Shown piece after piece: positions 55,807 through 64,000 of a stretch of 64,000 nucleotides of DNA. A program made the translations under genes and the position numbers. Below the pieces are notes generated by a model. It had not been told where the DNA came from, did not search any database, and was given only the letters and a program-made list of their open reading frames with translations. Position 1 is the stretch's first letter. Every line of letters begins with the position of its first letter. The stretch is from TPA_inf: Saccharomyces (taxonomy: Eukaryota). The stretch is taken from assembly GCA_000146045.2 (NCBI GenBank), contig BK006945.2, positions 736,001-800,000 on the forward strand, given 5' to 3'.

Positions 55807-56889
55807 TCATATCCATTCATATCATTTAGTGCTTATGGCTACTTTTCATTCCTCAATTATTGTAAATTGACCATCTTAATTATATTTCTGATATTGAGTA
55901 GGTGGACTTCATTAGTATTTTTACAAATATTATCACCTTCTTATGTAGGATTAGCATTACATACCCTCTAATTAAAAAAAGTTAACATTAATTACATTTT
56001 AAAAAAAATTGTAATAGTATGATAGTAGGACCTGACAGCCATTTGAATAAGGTTTCGAGTGCTTTAACGTTCCACTGATTTTATGTAGTTCATATGGGGG
56101 TTAGTCTGGTTTGAGGAGGAGAATTTCAGGGAAGCAGTGGCCGTTGAATCTCCCTGTAGGGCGCTGATTATTTTTATCCTAATAATCCAAAAATGACAAT
56201 GTCAATAAAGAAAACTTACCGAGTTCTGTGAATTTCTCCCTAAAAAATTACTAATTATACCTGGGCGAGTTTTGAACTCTTTGGCAAATAAACTTGGGGT
56301 AAACCTTTCGATTATAAAGACGTTACTGCTCAAAAATGTGTAGAAGCATAAGGAGATATTCTCTCGTATGTTTAATTGGAGTTGGCTTTTTTGGACTCTG
56401 AAGTTTGAGTATGGGAGGGGAAGTAATCGAGATTAGATTCCCTGATGTTCACATATGGGGATAAAGAATGCTTTTTGGGATATGATTGTTTCTTTCCGTC
56501 GTTACGGTTGTAGGTGCAACGAATTGCGTAAGGGTGGCTAGCCGAGATTTAATGACGACGCAAAAGGGAATAACTGTGACAGGAAGATGAATTCACAAAG
56601 TTTATAAAAAGAAAGGGCGATGCACTGCTACATGGTTGAACAAGGCACTACATAATTCACAGCTTGTAGCTTGTAAATAAAAAGAGCATTCACGCGATAT
56701 ACGATTTTCAATGATCACTCTAAGAGGAACGGCGAAAAATAGAATTCAATATGAACTGGAATGGCAATTATGATCAGTTAAATATACAATATTGTTGTTG
56801 CAATTGTATTACATTTAAATAAGAGCATGTATGTGATAAATTACTGGGAATTTATGGTATAGGTTCCAAAACGCCACCGCCCAAAACAT

Positions 56890-57020
56890 TGTTATTAATG
56901 AAATAAGAATCAACGATCTTCTCAATCATTTTTATTTAATGGGTATTGAAATGAAAGGATTGATAATGTAATAGGAAGATGATTGACCCAGAAATTATCT
57001 CAAAATTCGCCTATTTCTCA
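56890..57020 (+). mobile_element. Internally deleted Ty1/Ty2 delta LTR fragment.
   Basis: Starts TGTTATTAATGAAATAAGAATCAAC, like the delta start TGTTGGAATAGAAATCAAC. Contains the GGATTGATAATGTAATAGGA core and ends ...CCTATTTCTCA, the delta terminus. Confidence 0.6.
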
Positions 57021-57551
57021 GTTATATTAACCTGCTTATTTTAACTTTAAAAAAAATTGGAAAGTTTGCATTCTACGTTTTAGCTTTTCCGTATAAAAAT
57101 TAGATAATTTGACGTTCAGTATAAAAAACGTATCGTAATAGGTTTGCTTATTGGAACGTTAAGGAAAAAAATAATAAAGAATTCATTTTTTTCCTTTTTA
57201 ACCCACCTCTTTCAATCCACCTATACAACTCATTATTAGTAGAGTATTATTCTACCGTTTTATACAGATCATATCGTGTCTTTTGCTATGCTAGGTTGAA
57301 ACAAGGTAAGATACGTTAAACGACAACGGCTATGTTGCAGGCGAATCGCTAGCGATTATTTAAAAGATCGTAAACTATAACTGAGAAAATAAAGAGACGT
57401 AATCCAAAGTACTAGCAACACTCAACATATATAATTGTCAATACTTTAGGAAGCTACTATTTAAGATCAGGTACGTAGAAGCAGACGAACAGATTCGAGT
57501 TTCGATCTCCTTTCTGTATTGTATTGGTTAGGTTACATCTCGGTGGAAGGC

Positions 57552-57826
57552 TGTCGTATCTCAGAATGAGATACGTCAGTATGACAATACATCATCCTAA
57601 AAGTTCATAAAACACACATGAAACAACCTTATAAGAAAACGAACAGAGTGAGTAACATGAGATAAAACTCCGCCTTCCTTGGCTGACCCACCCAAACATA
57701 TAAATGCCTGAACAATTAATTTGGATCCGAGGTTCCGCGCTTCCACCATTTAGTATGAATCATATTTATGTAGTATATAGGATAAGTAACATTTCGTAAA
57801 TCAAGCTGATAATCCATTTTGACAAC
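57552..57826 (+). mobile_element. Solo sigma element (Ty3 LTR) upstream of tRNA-Asp.
   Basis: ...TGTCGTATCTCAGAATGAGATACGTCAGTATGACAATAC...CATGAAACAACCTTATAAGAAAACGAACA...ATAAATGCCTGAACAATTAATTTGG...ATCATATTTATGTAGTATATAGGATAAG...GCTGATAATCCATTTTGACAAC matches sigma throughout. Boundaries are approximate. Confidence 0.7.
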
Positions 57827-57917
57827 TGGTCACTTCCTCAAGACTGCTTATATTAGGATTGTCAAACCACCTTACTATGAATTGCGTTTTGACACAGGAA
57901 ACGCTAATGTAATATAA

Positions 57918-57989
57918 TCCGTGATAGTTTAATGGTCAGAATGGGCGCTTGTCGCGTGCCAGATCGGGGTTCAATTCCCCGTCGCGGAG
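57918..57989 (+). tRNA. tRNA-Asp (GUC), 72 nt, no intron.
   Basis: TCCGTGATAGTTTAATGGTCAGAATGGGCGCTTGTCGCGTGCCAGATCGGGGTTCAATTCCCCGTCGCGGAG is the canonical yeast tRNA-Asp, with a T-run terminator after it. Confidence 0.97.
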
Positions 57990-58481
57990 ATTTTTCATTT
58001 TTTTTTTTTTGAGCCACAAGAGGTATAGTTCGACAGAAGAGTTCTATTAAAGTTTTCCTGTTATTTCATTTGGAATATAACCCAAGTTGCTTTTCTTTGA
58101 TCATAATTATTTCCACCTCTTTAATGGTTTGTTTATTGGTTGATTATTTCAGCCTTTCTTTTAGGTTCCTTCGCATTACATTAAACCCCGTAACTAAACT
58201 TAAACTTTAAAAAAAAAATATGGACAACTTCAGGAGATAGATACAATAAAGCATCTTTAAAATTTGAGCAATGCTTTGCTTATTAACCAGCAAATGAAGA
58301 CTATGAATTCTAATTGCTAAACATGTTAATGATGCTAGAAAGCAAGACAATGTTAATAAATAATACAATTCATGCATTTAGTAAGATGTAACTGTCCAAC
58401 AAACTGGTGGTACAAGGATCCTTCACTGCAATTAGAGTAGCGTACGAATGCAAGAAAATTAATAATTACAAGGAATGTTGA

Positions 58482-58575
58482 ACAAAATCAGATTTGAGCT
58501 TTGGTAAAATTGGTTATCTTCCTATTATTTTGGTTCAGAAGCAGAACTGAATAGTAAATTTTATCATCATTGTAG
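58482..58575 (-). ncRNA. Candidate box C/D snoRNA, possibly one member of the snR61/snR55/snR57 polycistronic cluster.
   Basis: Minus-strand transcript reads ACAAUGAUGAUA (C box) ... UUCUGAACC (D' box) ... AAAUCUGAUUUUGU (D box). A short terminal helix ACAA/UUGU is possible. Length is about 90 nt. Confidence 0.35.
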
Positions 58576-58694
58576 ACAACATTCCACACTTGATTTAGGT
58601 ATAACTTTATATAATATCACTTTGACCGATCACTAATTTTCTTCAATATTGATAAACAATGGAAATAATGAAAATCCAGGTAATATAATGGGTT

Positions 58695-58795
58695 AAAATC
58701 AGATGGTGATGCATGATGTAATCCATGGCACATATTCCAAAGGAATCATCGCCGGATAAAAAAAAGACGATTGTGGTGTCTATTCATCAAATAAA
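58695..58795 (-). ncRNA. Candidate box C/D snoRNA, a second member of the putative cluster.
   Basis: Minus-strand transcript reads UUUGAUGAAUAG (C box) ... GGCGAUGAUUCC (C' box) ... CAUCUGAUUUUAAC (D box). Length is about 100 nt. Confidence 0.35.
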
Positions 58796-59572
58796 AAGTT
58801 CCAAACATATACCATTTATCAATACTATATTATGAACTCATAATAATGAGAAGAAAATTATTGAACCGGATATTTTAATCAGTGTCAAATTCGTAGCACT
58901 TTTTGATGTAGTCTAAGTTGGAAAATAAAGAGGCCAGATCATAAACGAAGAATTCCTAATTCACAATATGTCCTGCATATACTTCCTCAGAAAAATATTT
59001 AAATCATTTTTTATAATCACGCTTAACCTCGATATCTCCCAAACTAAAATCGGTATCAAAGGTGCTCGTAAAGGACCATCAAAAAATACCTAAATAACAT
59101 CGACGATAATTGGCAATGCTTCCTAGCATACAAAAGACAATTATCACAACACTTTTTAGGCGTGGCTGAAAATAGCAGCTATTTCTGCCACTTCAAAATT
59201 TGTTTGGCTGGCATTGTTCTTAGCAAAAAAAAGGATAGCTTTTCATCCAACTCAATTAAGAAAGTTAGAAGATCCTTATATATGATGAAGAAAAATTTTC
59301 TTCGGATGTTGGAAGAGAATGTTCGATAATAATCGTTACATACGATTGTCACTGTAGCATTTGTTAGGGTTCAATCATATATGATAAGCCCAATTTGAGA
59401 CCAAAATCGTACATTGGACAGGACCGCATCACGTCAGAATAGTTTTTGTGCATCTATGTAATATAATACGGTTGAATTATCCTTTTATAATGATGACTAT
59501 TTAATTATTATATGATTAAACAAAAAAAAGAAGAAGACAAACAACTTATTACCTTATTTCTTGATTTTATAT

Positions 59573-59899
59573 TTATTCGGAAGCAGCAGCTCTGGTATAG
59601 ATAGCTTGCTTGGAATGCTTCGAGATTGGCTTGATGATACCTTCCTTTTCCAAGTGCCTCAAAGCAATTCTGGCAAGAGAACCACCAATCTTTAATCTAT
59701 CAACCAAAACGGAAACAGAGACGTATCTGTAAGTTGGAACCTCCTTCAAGATTCTGTCGTATTTTTCTTGATCCAAAATAACAGCGTGTTGAGCTCTGTC
59801 CTTCATGGACTTTTTGGACCACTTCTTCTTGGACTTCTTACCACCAGCAAGAGCGGCAGCGGCTTTGGCAGCTTTAGACAATTGTTGCTTTGGAGGCAT
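59573..59899 (-). CDS. RPS25B: Ribosomal protein S25 (B copy), 108 aa.
   Basis: [108 protein letters not shown]. Confidence 0.96.
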   Translation of the reverse strand: MPPKQQLSKAAKAAAALAGGKKSKKKWSKKSMKDRAQHAVILDQEKYDRILKEVPTYRYVSVSVLVDRLKIGGSLARIALRHLEKEGIIKPISKHSKQAIYTRAAASE

Positions 59900-60761
59900 G
59901 TTATATTATGTTCTGAGACGTAAGAAAGGGTGAAAATTGATGTTAGTGTCAAAAATTATATTACAAAATACGCAGAGATATTCTAGTTCCTTTGATGAAT
60001 GAATCTTTCAGAAAAAAAAGTCAAAGCAAAAGCAAAATGGCCTGCAGACTAAACTGTATGGTGGTCTTGGAATGATAAAGATCTGTTTAATAGATTTAGT
60101 AGATACAATAGCACATCTCATTACCCAGTTATGATTGACGTCATTCTGAGTTACAATGATCTTAGCGACCTGTGCTCATTATTTGCTCCACTAATTCTAA
60201 TTTTCCTCGCCTTTCATATTTCGTATCTTTATTCTATATCCTAAAATTTTTTTGGCAAATCCCAGATTTGGCTTTGATTTTGGCATCGGTTCGGTTCTTT
60301 CAAATATCTTCTTCCCGTGAATCAACTGCACATACCTTAATAACTAGTTCAGTTTAGTGCTCTGTCTGAGTGACTGTAATAATAAATTTTACAAGCCACT
60401 TCTCATGACATATATTGGTAAGTAACTTCATCAATACTAATTAGTCTTTGCCGGTTACCCATCTGGCCCCTGACTTGCGATGCTTAGGAAGTTCCATACT
60501 CGCGGCTCTTCCCAACAGTAGCACATCCGTGAAACTTCTGGCGCTATTCATTATGCAGTACCAGGACAAGAAGTTAAAAAAAAAGCTCTGTTACAAGTTC
60601 AATGGTGGTGCAAGGATTGAAGTTATTATCCAGGAGGCACGGATGCAAAAGATAGAAGACAAATTAATTTCCTTAAAATTCAAAATGCTCATTATTGTCA
60701 CGCTGTATGAGCATTTGGTGAAGATTTCACTGGGAAATGTTGCAATAATTTGATAATCGTT

Positions 60762-61088
60762 CGTATTGGATGAAACTGTAACATCATCTGTTTATTAAGT
60801 ATCCGTGTTATTAGTATATCATCACATACGGTGTAAGAAGATAACATAAAGATTGAGAAACAGTCATCAAATATAATGGAAGCTGAAATGCGAGGATTGA
60901 TGATGTAATAGGACAATAAAAAATATAAGACGGAAGAAGAAATAATCGTAATAGCATTATGTAAAAATAGGGATTTGAGGATTCCTATATCCTCGAGGAG
61001 AACTTCTAGTATATTAACTATACAGAATATCATAGCCTTGATCAACAATAAAATCCCAGCAATTATCAAATTATCCATCCATTTCTCA
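60762..61088 (+). mobile_element. Solo Ty1/Ty2 delta LTR of about 330 bp, lying about 90 bp upstream of tRNA-Glu.
   Basis: ...TATCATCACATACGGTGTAAGAAGATAAC...GGAAGCTGAAATGCGAGGATTGATGATGTAATAGGA...GGATTCCTATATCCTCGAGGAGAACTTCTAGTATAT...CCATCCATTTCTCA matches delta along its length and ends in TCTCA. The 5' boundary is approximate. The 126-aa minus ORF at 60698..61078 lies inside it (dubious YLR334C-like). Confidence 0.8.
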
Positions 61089-61177
61089 GTGACATTCTCA
61101 CTAGATGAGCGTTTTTGAGAATAATGCTAACATTTGGTAAGGTATGAAATAAAATGCGATATCCTCCGTAGTTGTCG

Positions 61178-61249
61178 TCCGATATAGTGTAACGGCTATC
61201 ACATCACGCTTTCACCGTGGAGACCGGGGTTCGACTCCCCGTATCGGAG
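61178..61249 (+). tRNA. tRNA-Glu (UUC), 72 nt.
   Basis: TCCGATATAGTGTAACGGCTATCACATCACGCTTTCACCGTGGAGACCGGGGTTCGACTCCCCGTATCGGAG is the canonical yeast tRNA-Glu, with a T-run after it. Confidence 0.97.
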
Positions 61250-61429
61250 ATATATTTAATATTTTTTTTGATTTGACTTCAAATGAGAACTATTTTTTTA
61301 AAGCATCGTGTGGTAAACAAGCTTCCACCGAATGAGCTTAAGAAAGCGCAAACAATTTTCAACCTGACAAAGCATACATCATTTTTCATACAAGTCCTTG
61401 TTAAGTAACTCAAAAAAATCATTAACGAG

Positions 61430-63592
61430 ATGGCCAAAAGAGTTGCCGATGCGCAAATACAGAGAGAAACGTACGATTCTAACGAGTCTGACGATGACGT
61501 GACTCCCTCCACTAAGGTTGCGTCATCTGCTGTGATGAATAGAAGAAAAATTGCCATGCCAAAGCGCAGGATGGCGTTCAAACCTTTTGGTTCTGCAAAA
61601 TCGGATGAAACCAAGCAGGCTAGTTCCTTTAGCTTCCTGAACCGGGCGGACGGCACTGGAGAAGCTCAGGTTGATAATAGCCCTACCACAGAAAGCAATT
61701 CCAGACTAAAAGCATTGAACCTCCAGTTCAAGGCTAAGGTTGATGACTTAGTTCTAGGCAAGCCGTTAGCGGACTTGAGGCCCCTTTTCACCAGGTACGA
61801 ATTATACATAAAGAATATCTTAGAAGCTCCCGTGAAATCTATCGAGAATCCAACGCAGACAAAGGGAAATGATGCTAAACCTGCCAAAGTAGAAGATGTC
61901 CAAAAAAGTTCCGATTCTTCATCTGAAGATGAGGTTAAGGTGGAGGGACCCAAGTTCACAATAGATGCTAAACCGCCTATTTCAGATTCCGTTTTCTCAT
62001 TTGGCCCAAAAAAAGAAAATCGCAAGAAAGATGAAAGTGATAGCGAAAACGATATAGAAATCAAGGGCCCTGAATTTAAATTTTCTGGAACTGTATCAAG
62101 TGATGTATTTAAGCTGAATCCAAGCACCGATAAAAATGAAAAGAAAACCGAGACTAATGCTAAACCATTTTCATTTTCTTCGGCCACTTCAACTACTGAA
62201 CAAACGAAGAGTAAAAATCCCCTTTCATTGACAGAAGCTACCAAGACCAATGTGGACAACAACAGTAAAGCCGAGGCTTCCTTCACTTTTGGAACAAAAC
62301 ATGCTGCGGATTCTCAAAATAATAAACCATCTTTTGTATTTGGTCAAGCAGCTGCAAAACCATCGCTAGAAAAGAGCTCATTCACGTTTGGTTCAACAAC
62401 AATTGAAAAAAAAAATGACGAAAACTCAACCTCTAACTCAAAACCTGAAAAGTCTAGTGATAGCAATGATTCAAACCCATCTTTTTCCTTTTCCATACCC
62501 AGTAAGAATACACCTGATGCATCTAAGCCATCTTTTAGTTTTGGGGTCCCAAACTCTTCCAAAAACGAAACTTCAAAACCGGTATTTTCGTTTGGTGCAG
62601 CAACACCATCGGCCAAAGAAGCTAGTCAGGAAGATGACAACAACAACGTTGAAAAACCTTCCTCTAAGCCTGCCTTCAATTTAATATCTAACGCTGGTAC
62701 CGAGAAAGAGAAGGAAAGTAAAAAGGACTCAAAGCCAGCTTTTTCATTTGGCATATCAAACGGAAGTGAAAGCAAAGACTCTGACAAACCCTCTTTACCC
62801 TCTGCGGTTGATGGTGAAAATGACAAGAAAGAAGCAACAAAACCTGCTTTTTCGTTTGGAATAAATACAAATACTACTAAAACCGCGGATACTAAAGCTC
62901 CAACTTTTACATTTGGCTCCTCTGCACTCGCTGACAATAAAGAGGATGTTAAGAAACCTTTTTCATTCGGTACCTCCCAGCCTAATAATACTCCATCCTT
63001 CTCATTCGGAAAAACAACAGCAAACTTGCCTGCTAATTCTTCAACATCTCCTGCTCCCTCTATACCATCGACGGGGTTCAAATTTTCTTTGCCATTTGAA
63101 CAAAAAGGTAGTCAAACAACTACAAATGATAGCAAGGAAGAATCAACAACAGAAGCAACTGGAAATGAGTCGCAAGATGCAACCAAAGTAGATGCTACCC
63201 CAGAAGAATCAAAGCCAATAAACTTGCAAAACGGTGAGGAAGACGAAGTGGCTTTATTTTCGCAAAAAGCAAAATTAATGACATTCAATGCTGAAACCAA
63301 ATCGTACGATTCAAGAGGCGTAGGCGAAATGAAGCTTTTGAAGAAAAAGGACGATCCTTCTAAAGTGCGCCTACTTTGTAGGTCTGACGGTATGGGTAAT
63401 GTATTACTAAATGCAACTGTTGTAGACTCCTTCAAATATGAGCCTTTAGCTCCCGGAAATGATAATCTCATTAAAGCTCCTACTGTTGCGGCTGATGGGA
63501 AACTTGTAACTTATATCGTCAAGTTTAAGCAGAAGGAAGAAGGCCGCTCATTTACGAAAGCTATTGAAGATGCTAAAAAAGAAATGAAATAA
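61430..63592 (+). CDS. NUP2: Nucleoporin Nup2, 720 aa. It has FxFG repeats and a C-terminal Ran-binding domain.
   Basis: ATG at 61430. About 15 copies of K/PxFSFG and PSFSFG motifs between roughly 62150 and 63070. The C-terminus carries a RanBD-like region (...KLMTFNAETKSYDSRGVGEMKLLKKKDDPSKVRLLCRSDGMGNVLLNATV...). Confidence 0.95.
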   Translation: MAKRVADAQIQRETYDSNESDDDVTPSTKVASSAVMNRRKIAMPKRRMAFKPFGSAKSDETKQASSFSFLNRADGTGEAQVDNSPTTESNSRLKALNLQFKAKVDDLVLGKPLADLRPLFTRYELYIKNILEAPVKSIENPTQTKGNDAKPAKVEDVQKSSDSSSEDEVKVEGPKFTIDAKPPISDSVFSFGPKKENRKKDESDSENDIEIKGPEFKFSGTVSSDVFKLNPSTDKNEKKTETNAKPFSFSSATSTTEQTKSKNPLSLTEATKTNVDNNSKAEASFTFGTKHAADSQNNKPSFVFGQAAAKPSLEKSSFTFGSTTIEKKNDENSTSNSKPEKSSDSNDSNPSFSFSIPSKNTPDASKPSFSFGVPNSSKNETSKPVFSFGAATPSAKEASQEDDNNNVEKPSSKPAFNLISNAGTEKEKESKKDSKPAFSFGISNGSESKDSDKPSLPSAVDGENDKKEATKPAFSFGINTNTTKTADTKAPTFTFGSSALADNKEDVKKPFSFGTSQPNNTPSFSFGKTTANLPANSSTSPAPSIPSTGFKFSLPFEQKGSQTTTNDSKEESTTEATGNESQDATKVDATPEESKPINLQNGEEDEVALFSQKAKLMTFNAETKSYDSRGVGEMKLLKKKDDPSKVRLLCRSDGMGNVLLNATVVDSFKYEPLAPGNDNLIKAPTVAADGKLVTYIVKFKQKEEGRSFTKAIEDAKKEMK

Positions 63593-63696
63593 GAGTAAAT
63601 ACAGTTAACAATTTTAAATAGAATAGAACCCTCATATTTTGTAGCTCAAGGTTATAGTTGAGCAAATAAAGAATACAAAATTTATTCCAAAAAACA

Positions 63697-64000
63697 CTAC
63701 GAATCTATATTTTCCAGTTCTTTGTCTATAATAGATTTGGCAGCTTTTGAAGCCCAAGCCAATCTTCTTTCATCCCTATCAAAAGCTTTATCTCCTTTCT
63801 TTCCTGCAAGGAAATTATGGTATCTAAATTTCTTGTTAATAAACCACTTCAAACCTTTGAGAATGAATAGCATATTTTCCGATTTAACGTTCTTCGTTAA
63901 AACATCGCGCAAATAATCATCGGAGTAGATTATACGCTTATTTCCACTTTCATCCATCTTGAGTTTCTTCTCACTTTTTTTAGCTACAGTTAAAAATAAC
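63697..64000 (-). CDS. SGD1: 3' end of a minus-strand gene whose frame stays open to the window end. It is probably the C-terminal part of Sgd1 (YLR336C). The ATG at 63957 is internal.
   Basis: The frame stays open from 64000 down to the stop at 63697. Assignment rests on position, as the next gene after NUP2 on chromosome XII; the fragment itself has no diagnostic motif. Confidence 0.55.
   Translation of the reverse strand, partial: LFLTVAKKSEKKLKMDESGNKRIIYSDDYLRDVLTKNVKSENMLFILKGLKWFINKKFRYHNFLAGKKGDKAFDRDERRLAWASKAAKSIIDKELENIDS

Noticed and set aside
60698-61078. 126-aa minus-strand ORF
   Set aside because: It lies inside the solo delta LTR, a transposon-derived sequence and not a host gene.

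Overview
This window is nuclear DNA from Saccharomyces cerevisiae: AT-rich, with short intergenic spacers, GTATGT/TACTAAC spliceosomal introns, Ty delta and sigma LTRs and RNA polymerase III tRNA genes. Gene order and protein lengths match the chromosome XII right-arm block YLR304C to YLR336C. In order the genes are ACO1 (5' part), STT4, UBC12, CDA1, CDA2, IMH1, CDC25, ATG39, MRPL15, SPH1, CDC3, NKP2, TAD3, EST2, BUD6, MMS22, SFH1, CWC24, PEX30, RPL38, YLR326W, TMA10, tRNA-Ser(GCU), NMA1, REC102, CHS5 and MID2. A Ty LTR and tRNA cluster follows: delta fragment, sigma, tRNA-Asp, putative C/D snoRNAs, RPS25B, a solo delta and tRNA-Glu. NUP2 and the 3' end of a gene that is probably SGD1 close the window. 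Every protein length I checked equals the S288C reference, so I see no novel or foreign system here; it reads as ordinary, well-characterised yeast chromosome. Four points are worth a second look. First, SPH1 appears as two out-of-frame ORFs, a 530-aa body plus a 132-aa Spa2-like C-terminal segment. Second, the tRNA-Ser(GCU) gene is 100 nt and its anticodon loop appears one nucleotide short under the standard class-II serine tRNA fold. Third, the RPS25B-proximal spacer has C/D-box snoRNA signatures. Fourth, there is a G-rich, G-quadruplex-forming island in the ATG39/MRPL15 spacer. Other structure noted includes multi-intron TAD3 overlapping NKP2 tail-to-tail, the one-codon first exon of UBC12, the CDA1/CDA2 tandem duplication with sporulation (MSE-like) motifs, 21-bp repeats in CHS5, and FG repeats in NUP2.
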